Source: Deferribacterales bacterium (GTDB lineage: Bacteria; Chrysiogenota; Deferribacteres; Deferribacterales; Geovibrionaceae). Taken from it: a DNA stretch of 64,000 nucleotides. Below the pieces are notes generated by a model that saw nothing but the letters and a program-made list of their open reading frames with translations, was not told the origin of the DNA and searched no databases. The DNA is taken from NCBI GenBank assembly GCA_050251945.1, contig JBFWLW010000004.1, positions 32,001 to 96,000 of the forward strand, read 5' to 3'. Numbering within the stretch: position 1 is the stretch's first letter; every line of letters begins with the position of its first letter. Positions 49,909 through 58,530 of this stretch are shown here, in pieces. The position numbers and the translations under genes are program-made.

Positions 49909-49975
49909 TTTATTTTTGCATTATTGTGGTTTGATTGTTTTAGTTATTGATATAGAAAGGAATTAAGATTGAAAA

Positions 49976-50419
49976 TTATTGAGATAAAAAGCGTAAAAGT
50001 TTGTTGATCTCTTTTTCTTTCATGTTTTCATAATTTACGGTGCCGTTGAACCCTTGTGATATGAGAATCTTTTTGCATATTTCTATTTTCTGATTTCTTG
50101 TGGGAATAATAATACTGAGAACAAAAACACTAAGATCATACAACTCGAGTGTTTTCTCGGGCTGCATAAAATCATTAAGTTCATTAAAAGAGATATTTAA
50201 ATGTGTCCGAGTAAATCTTTTAAGCCAGTTTTCAGATTTTCCAATACTTTTAAGTTGATTACGGATGCTTTGAATAGTGTCTTCTCTCCATAATCGTTCC
50301 AAAACAGATTGTGGAAGAAATTTACAGGTTTTACATTGAAATATATTTAGATTACCGCTATTTATACCAATCTGAATAGATTCGTTTCCTGAATTATCCT
50401 GATTTATAATCATCAACAC
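49976..50419 (-). CDS. Repressor-linked hypothetical protein with N-terminal RHIM-like motif and CxxC
   Basis: AT-rich ORF 6 bp downstream of the repressor; NQDNSGNESIQIGINSGNLN. Confidence 0.75.
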   Translation of the reverse strand: MLMIINQDNSGNESIQIGINSGNLNIFQCKTCKFLPQSVLERLWREDTIQSIRNQLKSIGKSENWLKRFTRTHLNISFNELNDFMQPEKTLELYDLSVFVLSIIIPTRNQKIEICKKILISQGFNGTVNYENMKEKEINKLLRFLSQ

Positions 50420-50425
50420 CAGTCA

Positions 50426-50860
50426 TTAAAAAGTTGATAATCTTTTGAACTCATTAAGCCTTTCAAGCAATTTTTCTTTAAATTCATTCGGGGCGTACAC
50501 CAGCATTTCTATAATTTGTGATTCAATATTATCTTTATTAAATGCTTGGCTGTTGTTAAACGTTCCGGAATTTGTTCCAAACTGAATATTGTTATTACCA
50601 GAATTGTTTTGGTTTACCGAGTAGTCCTCAATTTGGATATCTCCAAAAAAATATGATATTGGCAATTCAAGTATGTTTGCTATTTCTACAAGCCTTGGCG
50701 TTGCAATTCCATTCCCTTGCTTAAGACTTCTGTAAAGAGATGCTGGATCAATATTTAATTGATCAGCAAGTTCAGCAATATTCATATCTCTAAGCTTTGC
50801 GCCAGCCCTTATTCTATCACTAATAACATCAAAAATTTCATGCGGTGCATATTTTTTCAT
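50426..50860 (-). CDS. XRE/CI-like HTH repressor without an S24 peptidase domain
   Basis: MNIAELADQLNIDPASLYR HTH; divergent from the cro-like gene across operators. Confidence 0.85.
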   Translation of the reverse strand: MKKYAPHEIFDVISDRIRAGAKLRDMNIAELADQLNIDPASLYRSLKQGNGIATPRLVEIANILELPISYFFGDIQIEDYSVNQNNSGNNNIQFGTNSGTFNNSQAFNKDNIESQIIEMLVYAPNEFKEKLLERLNEFKRLSTF

Positions 50861-50878
50861 AATCAATAATACTCCATA

Positions 50879-50947
50879 TAACATAACTGTTAAATAGCAA
50901 GGATGTTATATTTATATCTTGACAAACTAACACATATGTTATATCTC
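50879..50947 (+). promoter_or_regulatory. Rightward early promoter (PR-like) with three operators
   Basis: TTGACA at 50919; TAACA-N4-TGTTA at 50879 and 50928, one-mismatch copy at 50895. Confidence 0.85.
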
Positions 50948-50963
50948 TAATACAGGAGGACAC

Positions 50964-51164
50964 ATGCAGTTAAAAGAATACATCAAGCAATTTCACGACG
51001 GCAATCTGACAGATTTTAGCAGAGCATCCGGAGTACCACTGATGAATCTATCAAGGTATACAAGGGGCGGAACACCTAGCCCTGAATATATCAAAAAAAT
51101 AGAATCAGTTACGAATGGCAAGGTTTCTCTTGATGATTTCGTCAATAAAAATAAATCCGCTTAG
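50964..51164 (+). CDS. Cro-like HTH protein
   Basis: 66 aa; FSRASGVPLMNLSRY...PS...IESVTNGKVS. Confidence 0.85.
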   Translation: MQLKEYIKQFHDGNLTDFSRASGVPLMNLSRYTRGGTPSPEYIKKIESVTNGKVSLDDFVNKNKSA

Positions 51165-51214
51165 TTAATCGGCAATGTTTACGGATAGTTTAGCGTGAAA
51201 TTGAGAGGACAGTT

Positions 51215-51991
51215 ATGAGCAATATCAAACTCTTTGAACATGAGAGGTTCGGGCAGGTGCGGACACTGACCGATGCAAACGGCGAGCCGTGGTTTCTTGC
51301 ACAGGAAATCACAAGAGTTCTTGGATATCTGAATAATGCAGAGGCAATAAGAACAAACGTTGACGAGGATTGTTTCAGGCAAATCTATATCCCAGAATTA
51401 TCAAACAATTACACTCTTATTAATGAAAGCGGACTTTATTCTTTAATAATGAGGTCTCAAAAAGAAGAGGCAAAAGTCTTCCGCAAATGGGTGACATCCG
51501 AAGTCCTTCCCAGCATCCGCAAGCACGGCGCGTACATGACACCGGATGTTATCGAAAAAACGCTTCTTAATCCAGACTACCTCATTCAGCTTGCAACAAC
51601 ATTGAAAGAATCGCAGGAACAGAACCGGAAACTGAACGAGAAGATTGCCGCCGATGCCGACAAAGTGGCTTTTGCTGAATCGGTGAATAAGACGGTGGAC
51701 AATTTAACCGTCAGAGACTACGCAAAAGTTCTTTATAACGAAAACATCAAGCTCGGTCAGAACAGACTTTTCCACCTGCTCCGCATGAAAGGAATTTTGG
51801 ACAGAGACAATAAGCCATATCAAAAATACATAGATAATGGCTGGTTCGTTCTGAAGCTCTCGACATATCGCAATTCATCCACAGACAACATCATCGAATA
51901 CACTCAACCACGTATCACAGGCAAAGGGCAAATTGCGCTCAGAACCCGCATACTCGCGTGGATATCAGGCGACGAGGCGGTGGGAGAATGA
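51215..51991 (+). CDS. Phage antirepressor (BRO-N + KilA-C/ANT)
   Basis: INESGLYSLI, FRKWVTSEVLPSIRKHGAY, GQNRLF, ITGKGQ. Confidence 0.93.
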   Translation: MSNIKLFEHERFGQVRTLTDANGEPWFLAQEITRVLGYLNNAEAIRTNVDEDCFRQIYIPELSNNYTLINESGLYSLIMRSQKEEAKVFRKWVTSEVLPSIRKHGAYMTPDVIEKTLLNPDYLIQLATTLKESQEQNRKLNEKIAADADKVAFAESVNKTVDNLTVRDYAKVLYNENIKLGQNRLFHLLRMKGILDRDNKPYQKYIDNGWFVLKLSTYRNSSTDNIIEYTQPRITGKGQIALRTRILAWISGDEAVGE

Positions 51992-52088
51992 AAAAGATAG
52001 TTTATCAGTGCCAGAAATGCCATTCGACATTGACCGTTTTGAAGACAGTAAAAATCTGGCTATGCGCAATACGTAAGGAGGATGTGGC

Positions 52089-52382
52089 GTGAAGAAAAAA
52101 GAACTGCTTGCAACAGCAATCATAACAAACGGACAGAAACAAGACGAAATCTGCATTGAAGAGTGTGCAGAGCTTATTCAGGCATTTCAGAAAATTAAGC
52201 GTGTTGATGAATATTCAGCTATGGCTTGCGTTGAACATCTTATTGAAGAGCTTGTGGACGTTGAGATCATGATTGAGCAAATGAAATTGAGGTATCCGTT
52301 TCAGGGTCTCAGGGAGCGGATTGAAACGATGAAATTGAATAGGTTGGCAAGTTCTTTGGGGGTTACTTATGATAATGCATAA
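52089..52382 (+). CDS. MazG-like nucleotide pyrophosphohydrolase fold protein
   Basis: IEECAELIQA...IEELVDV acidic motif. Confidence 0.7.
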   Translation: MKKKELLATAIITNGQKQDEICIEECAELIQAFQKIKRVDEYSAMACVEHLIEELVDVEIMIEQMKLRYPFQGLRERIETMKLNRLASSLGVTYDNA

Positions 52383-52677
52383 CCCACTCAGACGCAAACA
52401 GAAGCCCACAGAACAGCAAGAAGAGACAACCGCCGAGCTTTCCTCGACAGTTGACAACACCGTGCGCTACGCCCGTTTATTCTGGTCTGCGATGCTGTTT
52501 TTCGCCGTGGTATTTGGGATTATCTACGCCGACAGATATGTCAGCGCATATGAGACCGACCTTGTTAAGCGCAGGGATATCAGCATTCAGATGATTGAGG
52601 CTATTGAGAGCAAGAACATCGTTTATGTGCCGGTGCCGGAAAGCGTGTACCTAAAGATTACCGAGGCGGGCAAATGA
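52369..52677 (+). CDS. Hypothetical membrane protein
   Basis: Single hydrophobic helix. Confidence 0.6.
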   Translation: MIMHNPLRRKQKPTEQQEETTAELSSTVDNTVRYARLFWSAMLFFAVVFGIIYADRYVSAYETDLVKRRDISIQMIEAIESKNIVYVPVPESVYLKITEAGK

Positions 52678-52777
52678 AAAAATGGTGGCGCGACATTAAT
52701 TACGGTCTCATCGGTGCGTTGGCTTTTGTTGCATATTTCTGGGCGGCAGTAGCAATTCTGATAGTGAGGTGGTCCTG

Positions 52778-53203
52778 ATGGCATTACTTGAAATCAACGG
52801 CGTTTGCCGACTGGCACGCAATCCTGAAATACGCTTTCTCCCAGGTTCTGAAATAGCTATCGCTCAATTTGCAGTAGCATGTTCCGAGAAGTACAAAGAT
52901 AAGGAAAAGACGGCTTACTATGACTGTAAAGCGTGGGGAAAGCTGGCTGAAATCTGCGGTGAATATCTGACAAAAGGGTCAAAAGTGTTTATCCGTGGGA
53001 AACTGGAACAGGAGACATGGGAAGACAAAGACAGCGGCAAGATGCGTTCTAAACACGTTATCCGCATAGACAAACTTGAGTTTTGCGAGAGTAAGAAGGA
53101 CGGCGGAAACCAGAACGCTTTTGACGAACCCGTCAGCGGCGGCGGAATGTCTGAAGACGATATTCCATTCGAATCATATATGAATGGGTTGGTCGCCCCT
53201 TAA
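52778..53203 (+). CDS. ssb: Single-stranded DNA-binding protein
   Basis: AWGKLAEICGEYLTKGSKVFIRGKL; DDIPF near the end. Confidence 0.93.
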   Translation: MALLEINGVCRLARNPEIRFLPGSEIAIAQFAVACSEKYKDKEKTAYYDCKAWGKLAEICGEYLTKGSKVFIRGKLEQETWEDKDSGKMRSKHVIRIDKLEFCESKKDGGNQNAFDEPVSGGGMSEDDIPFESYMNGLVAP

Positions 53204-53403
53204 ATACAAAACAGTAGAGGCATAGCCCTTTCTGTCCCGCTCGAAATACCACGGAGCATCGGCAAAGCGGGGGCTTGCGGATGTTTCCGTCGGGGCGGCA
53301 TAGATGGGGTTACATAGCGGTTACATGAAAAAATTAATAAATATAAACATTTTGCGTCGCTTATTAAAAATTGAATACAAATGCAGTTACATGAGGTAAG
53401 GCG

Positions 53404-54006
53404 ATGAGAATTTTAAATCTTTTTTCTGGGATAGGCGGCAATAGGGAATTATGGACTAGCAATATAACTGCTGTTGAGGTTGATCCACTAATTGCGGCAG
53501 TATATAGCAATCGCTTTAGTTCTGATACTGTCGTCATTGGAGATGCCTTATCGTTTGTTGAGTTTAACTATAATGATTTTGATTTCATATGGGCAAGCCC
53601 ACCATGCCCATCACACGGACAATATAGGCACAATGTAGGAGTGCTTGGAAAGGGATTCTCTCCAATAATACCCGACATGACATCACTGTATGGATTGATT
53701 ACGTTTTTAAAAACTTACTATAAAGGTTTATGGGCAGTTGAAAATACTATGCCTTATTATGATTTCCTCATAAAACCCACTGTTTTTTTACAGAGACACC
53801 CGATTTGGAGTAATTTTCCTATTCCCCCAAAAAACTTCATGGCTGAAGGAATCAGAGATAAAAATAAAATATCTGATTTCGATGGTTTTGAAATAATTTC
53901 AAAAAGCAAGATTAAGAATAAAAGGCAGGTTATGCGCAATTGTGTAAATCCAGAAATCGGGAAATATGTCTTGGATTGTGCAGTTAGTTATAGAGTTGCG
54001 ATATGA
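53404..54006 (+). CDS. Short C5 cytosine DNA methyltransferase
   Basis: LNLFSGIGG motif I, WASPPC motif IV, VENT motif VI. Confidence 0.8.
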   Translation: MRILNLFSGIGGNRELWTSNITAVEVDPLIAAVYSNRFSSDTVVIGDALSFVEFNYNDFDFIWASPPCPSHGQYRHNVGVLGKGFSPIIPDMTSLYGLITFLKTYYKGLWAVENTMPYYDFLIKPTVFLQRHPIWSNFPIPPKNFMAEGIRDKNKISDFDGFEIISKSKIKNKRQVMRNCVNPEIGKYVLDCAVSYRVAI

Positions 54007-54803
54007 TCCCATATTTCAGCAATGACCACGGACAGCTTTTTTGCGGCGACTGCTTAGATATCATGTCAAAAATAGATATTTCTTTTGATGCAGTAATCGC
54101 CGATCAGCCGTATGGAGCGACCGCTTGTAAGTGGGATTCTATTATTCCATTTGTGCCGATGTGGGAAAATATAAATCGTTGCGCTAAAGTTAACGCTGCG
54201 ATAGTTCTTTTTGGTGCAGAACCGTTCAGTTCTGCCTTACGATTGAGTAATTTACGGAATTATAAGTATGATATAATCTGGGACAAAATAAAAGGTACTG
54301 GCTTTTTAAATGCCCGCAGACAGCCGATGCGTAATCATGAATTAATTTCGATATTTTATCGAAAGCAATGTGTTTATAATCCGCAAAAGACAACAGGGCA
54401 TCAGCTTAAAACCTCAAGAAAGAAAGCTTTTTCACAGACCGATGTTTATGGTTTTATGAAAAATGATTGTGAATACAAAAGTGCGGAAAGATATCCCCGC
54501 AGTATCGTTGAGTTTTCGACAGACACTCAGAAAAGTTCGTTACATCCCACGCAAAAACCAATAGCCCTTTATGAGTATTTAATTAAAACGTACACAAATA
54601 AGGGGGATATTGTTCTGGATTTTTGCGCAGGTAGCGGGACTTTGGCTGTGGCGGCTGAAAAATGTGGACGGAAATGGGTCTGTATAGAAAAAGAAGAAAA
54701 ATACTGCGATATCGCTATAAAACGGATTCAGGGAGTGGCTATTGAAGAACCTGCGGATAAACCAGAACTTACAATCGAGGATTTTATCGAGGTGCAGGGA
54801 TGA
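54003..54803 (+). CDS. N6A/N4C DNA methyltransferase (beta class)
   Basis: DQPY catalytic motif variant, HPTQKP, VLDFCAGSGT. Confidence 0.88.
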   Translation: MIPYFSNDHGQLFCGDCLDIMSKIDISFDAVIADQPYGATACKWDSIIPFVPMWENINRCAKVNAAIVLFGAEPFSSALRLSNLRNYKYDIIWDKIKGTGFLNARRQPMRNHELISIFYRKQCVYNPQKTTGHQLKTSRKKAFSQTDVYGFMKNDCEYKSAERYPRSIVEFSTDTQKSSLHPTQKPIALYEYLIKTYTNKGDIVLDFCAGSGTLAVAAEKCGRKWVCIEKEEKYCDIAIKRIQGVAIEEPADKPELTIEDFIEVQG

Positions 54804-55003
54804 GGCTTGACCAATTAACCCCCTGTGACCGCTTTATTTTGCGCCTGTACAACGGATATGAGGACGAACCTGTGGAAACACGCACGGGCGTATTTAAATG
54901 CGTCTACAGCAGCAATCCTGACTTCTGTGTCGTTGTTTTTGATGGCATTGAGGGCGAACAGTACGAACACTCTCATTATGATGTCGAGAAGATAGAGGGG
55001 TAA
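54800..55003 (+). CDS. Hypothetical phage protein
   Basis: ATGA coupling with the methylase gene. Confidence 0.6.
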   Translation: MRLDQLTPCDRFILRLYNGYEDEPVETRTGVFKCVYSSNPDFCVVVFDGIEGEQYEHSHYDVEKIEG

Positions 55004-55008
55004 AGAAG

Positions 55009-55740
55009 ATGCGATGGTTAAAGCATATGACCTGTGCGAACAGGGATGAAAAAATGATGCGCATTATGGACGAATTCGGCGTCGCCGGATACGGGATGTA
55101 TTGGCTTATACTTGAAACTATCGCTGAAAAACTTGATGAAAGTAACGACACTTTTATAGAAATGTCGGTACAAAGCTGGAGAAAACTTACAGGAATTCCA
55201 CCAAAAACTTTGGAAAAATTTCTAAGTTTTTGTCAAGTTTTAGGGTTGTTTGTGGTGAAAAATTCTGAGAATTTAATCAGTGTGGATTGCCCTAACTTAT
55301 TGAAGTATAGGGATGAATACCAAAGGAAACAATCTAAAAAGTCCGGACAAGCACCCGACAAACTCCAACCCAAGAATACAGATACAGATACAGATACAGA
55401 TACAGAAGAAAAAAAGAAACCCCCTATATCCCCCTTTGATGTTTCCTCAATGCCGCTGCCGGAAAAAATTGATCGCGGTGACTGGACAAAGTGGCTTTCA
55501 CACTTCCGAGAATCAACTGGTCGGTATCCATCCGAAGAACAGGCTAATCAGCAAATACGTGATATTTTATATTTTGCCCGCGATGGAACGACCACGGCAG
55601 ATGTGATCTGTTACAACATAGGCGGAGGCTACAAGCGGATTTATAACCCTGCAAAACAGGAATCAGGACAAAAGAGCGCATCAAAAAAAGGCGATATCTC
55701 AGAAGGTGCAAGGAGCTTTTTAAATGCAAAAACAGCTTGA
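55009..55740 (+). CDS. Putative replication initiator (Lin1244/DUF4373-like N-terminus)
   Basis: GVAGYGMYWLILE; DTDTDTDTE linker typical of phage initiators. Confidence 0.75.
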   Translation: MRWLKHMTCANRDEKMMRIMDEFGVAGYGMYWLILETIAEKLDESNDTFIEMSVQSWRKLTGIPPKTLEKFLSFCQVLGLFVVKNSENLISVDCPNLLKYRDEYQRKQSKKSGQAPDKLQPKNTDTDTDTDTEEKKKPPISPFDVSSMPLPEKIDRGDWTKWLSHFRESTGRYPSEEQANQQIRDILYFARDGTTTADVICYNIGGGYKRIYNPAKQESGQKSASKKGDISEGARSFLNAKTA

Positions 55741-56296
55741 TAGGCAAATATTCTTTAAAGGTTTACAGGTTTTATCAGTGCTTCCACAAGGAAAAAATCC
55801 TGTTGATCTCACGGATGAATTCACACTTACAGTTTGGTACGAAGCTCTAGGCGATATTGATAACGATAGCTTCCAGAAAGCGGTGATACTACTGCTCCGC
55901 TCCTCAAAATGGCACCCGGCACCTGTTGATATTCGCAGAGCTGCTGGCTTTATCGAAACCACGGAAAGCGGAAAATCGGATGAAACGGCTATTACTCAGT
56001 GGGAGGAGTTCAGTCGTAAAATCCAGAGTGTTGGGCATCAACGGATGGAACGAATCTGGTACGAAGATAAAAAAGCAGTTTTTGACGATCCAGTAACTGA
56101 TGCTATTGCAAGAACTTTTGCAAAAGAATACGCAATGTCGAACGTCACAGAAGCCGGGAATTGGAGAGCGCGCTTTATCGCAGCATATAACAATTCAAAA
56201 GAACACGGTATTAAAACCGCCGAGGTTCAGAAGATTGGAAATATACTAAGTGGCATGATAGGTCAAAGTGGCAATCTAAAGCTGGTGAAGCCGTGA
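55724..56296 (+). CDS. Hypothetical protein, possible helicase loader/partner
   Basis: Follows the initiator; WYEALGD...WHPAPVDIR; FIAAY. Confidence 0.55.
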   Translation: MQKQLDRQIFFKGLQVLSVLPQGKNPVDLTDEFTLTVWYEALGDIDNDSFQKAVILLLRSSKWHPAPVDIRRAAGFIETTESGKSDETAITQWEEFSRKIQSVGHQRMERIWYEDKKAVFDDPVTDAIARTFAKEYAMSNVTEAGNWRARFIAAYNNSKEHGIKTAEVQKIGNILSGMIGQSGNLKLVKP

Positions 56297-56691
56297 AAAT
56301 TATAGCATCAGAGCATAATGAACAAGTGTCGCTTTTTCAATGGGCGGCTATGCAGACGGCGAGATACCCGGAACTAGCGCTGATGTTTGCAGTTCCTAAC
56401 GGCGGACTGAGAAACGCCACGGTAGCGGCGAAACTGAAAGCGGAGGGGGTTAAGCCCGGTGTACCTGATATTTTCCTTCCTGTGGTTCGTGGCGGCTATC
56501 ATGGATTGTTCATTGAGATGAAGCGCACCAAAGGCGGCAAGCTGAGTGCGGAACAGGCAAACTGGATAGCCAAGCTTTTAGAGCAGAGATACGCGGTTTA
56601 CAAATGCGAAGGATGGGCAAAAGCGAAAGAGTGTATCGAACAGTACTTAAAACTTGCCCCTGAAAGTGGCAGAAAGGCGGTTTTCCCGTGA
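56293..56691 (+). CDS. VRR-NUC domain nuclease
   Basis: FAVPNGG, GVKPGVPD, LFIEMK, SAEQ..W. Confidence 0.9.
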   Translation: MKIIASEHNEQVSLFQWAAMQTARYPELALMFAVPNGGLRNATVAAKLKAEGVKPGVPDIFLPVVRGGYHGLFIEMKRTKGGKLSAEQANWIAKLLEQRYAVYKCEGWAKAKECIEQYLKLAPESGRKAVFP

Positions 56692-56796
56692 GATATATGC
56701 AAAACAATACCAACGTAGCCCAAGGGGTGCAAAATGCGGCAAAAGGGAAATAAGGGCGAAAGTTTGAAGGGCATGAAAACAAGGGAGGTGTTTTAG

Positions 56797-57039
56797 ATGG
56801 AAACTTCTGAAATTCAATCATTGAAAAACAACGATTTAGCACATTTTATGCCATTAAAGAAAAACTTTACCGTAGAAGAGGTTTCAGTTTATTTTTCATG
56901 TTCCGCTGCAACTATAAAACGAAGGTGCCGTAACGGACAGATTGAAGCTATTAAAATTGGGAAGATATGGAGAATTTCCAGAACAGCTTTATCCGAGTTT
57001 ATCAGATTAAACACGGATAGGGGTCAGCTATCAGATTAA
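56797..57039 (+). CDS. Excisionase-type HTH DNA-binding protein
   Basis: FTVEEVSVYF...TIKR...IEAIKIGKIWRI. Confidence 0.8.
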   Translation: METSEIQSLKNNDLAHFMPLKKNFTVEEVSVYFSCSAATIKRRCRNGQIEAIKIGKIWRISRTALSEFIRLNTDRGQLSD

Positions 57040-57056
57040 ACACGGATAGGGGTCAG
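57000..57056 (+). repeat. 28-bp tandem direct repeat
   Basis: TATCAGATTAAACACGGATAGGGGTCAG at 57000 and 57029. Confidence 0.95.
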
Positions 57057-57354
57057 AGCAATTGGAAAGAGACATGGATTTACTGGAAGAAATCAGACAA
57101 CTGTCCGATGCAATTGATTTTATGCTCAAACATATTGAGTATCAAACAAAAAAGTTTATCAGTAACATACATCATTCCTAACAGATTACACATAAAAAGC
57201 TCGTAACATGCTAATATATAAAACTATTTAGTATTATGTGTAGCTAATACATAGCCTAAAATATGAGAATGCAGACCATAGTAACATATCCGGCACTCAA
57301 ATCAATGTATTTTTAGCCCCAAAATATTTTCTGCAACTTTTTTAATTTTCCCCC

Positions 57355-57383
57355 TTGACAACCCGTGCATTGTACGGTATATT
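57355..57383 (+). promoter_or_regulatory. Sigma70 promoter of a moron-like cassette with a palindrome in the spacer
   Basis: TTGACA-17 bp-TATATT; spacer contains CCGTGCA-T-TGTACGG. Confidence 0.75.
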
Positions 57384-57426
57384 TACTTTATCAAGAGCGG
57401 AACAGACCGCAAAAAGGAGCAAGAAA

Positions 57427-57690
57427 ATGAGAAAATTTGAAATAATAAAGACAGAAACAGTAGCCGAAGAAAAAACAACATGGGCACTCGATTGTTTCAA
57501 TGAAGCTCAACCTAGCAAAGATTATGATGCAAGGATTACAAAAAGTTACGTGAGAGCAGAAAGCTTAACAGCTCTTATGGCTGAACTTGAAAAAAACATT
57601 TCTCCTATAGAGAAAGCATTTTCTAAAGTAAAAAGAACCGAAAATACTATTTTTGCAATGTTCACACAAATAACAGCAACTGAAATATAA
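57427..57690 (+). CDS. Hypothetical protein (cassette gene 1)
   Basis: AAGGAG RBS, 87 aa. Confidence 0.7.
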   Translation: MRKFEIIKTETVAEEKTTWALDCFNEAQPSKDYDARITKSYVRAESLTALMAELEKNISPIEKAFSKVKRTENTIFAMFTQITATEI

Positions 57691-57777
57691 TCGGAAAAAG
57701 GGCAAATCAACGAAATTGATGATGATGAATTTGAAGATTGAATCACAACGGGATGAACCTCAAAAAAGGAGATAACA

Positions 57778-58050
57778 ATGGCAACTTACAGAGAATACGC
57801 AAAAGAAAACGGACACACAGATGCAGAGATTGAAGAAATGGTAGAAGGTCTTTTCGGCGCAGATGCAGAAATGGTTCTCGCAAGAACCGAAGACGGGAAG
57901 GGTGTTTACAGCGAAGATGAAGGATATCAGAGAACCGAAGATGGAGCGCAAGTTTACAATATGGGCAACGGCTATACTCTATATGTATCAGGAAGCTCTT
58001 ATGACATCGTGGGGCATGATAACGGTGAAACATGGGAACTTGAATACTAA
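57778..58050 (+). CDS. Small acidic hypothetical protein (cassette gene 2)
   Basis: AAGGAG RBS; 90 aa, rich in Glu/Asp/Tyr/Gly. Confidence 0.75.
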   Translation: MATYREYAKENGHTDAEIEEMVEGLFGADAEMVLARTEDGKGVYSEDEGYQRTEDGAQVYNMGNGYTLYVSGSSYDIVGHDNGETWELEY

Positions 58051-58080
58051 AAAAGGCGGCTGTTTAAGCCACCTTTTTTT
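58049..58080 (+). terminator. Intrinsic terminator
   Basis: AAAAAGGCGGCT...AGCCACCTTTTTTT. Confidence 0.65.
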
Positions 58081-58163
58081 GAACTAAGTTCATTTCGTTT
58101 CAACTCACAGGGGCGACCGCAATCGCCCCTGACTTTCACAAAGGATAGCACACGGAAAATAAA

Positions 58164-58421
58164 ATGCAAATAAAACTATCAGCGCCAGAACTCAGAAAAA
58201 TTTTTGGACTTACTAACAGGGAGATTTCCGCGGCACTTGGCAAGCCTTTGAGTACCATTGAGCAGCACATGGCGGCGCGGGAATCAGCACGCCACCGGAA
58301 TATGCCTGATTCAGATAAGATGCTGCTCATTTTACGCTACAAAATTATAGAGATGGGATATAATCCCGATAAACTGATAGATGATTTTTTAAGTGAACAC
58401 AATAAAAGCGACGGGGCATAA
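58164..58421 (+). CDS. Small HTH protein (cassette gene 3)
   Basis: LRKIFGLTNREISAALGKPLSTIEQ. Confidence 0.7.
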   Translation: MQIKLSAPELRKIFGLTNREISAALGKPLSTIEQHMAARESARHRNMPDSDKMLLILRYKIIEMGYNPDKLIDDFLSEHNKSDGA

Positions 58422-58530
58422 CCCCGCTTTTTTTGTGCCAGAATCTCTATTATTTTAATAAACTCTCGTTTTATCGCTCACATCGTTCTCACCGTCCACA
58501 GAAATTTTTAAGATATGCAATATTAAGGGC

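Noticed and set aside
55376..55405. GATACA tandem repeat as a contingency locus
   Set aside because: The 6-bp unit keeps frame and encodes the DT linker common in phage initiators; it may be part of the origin but I cannot show that.
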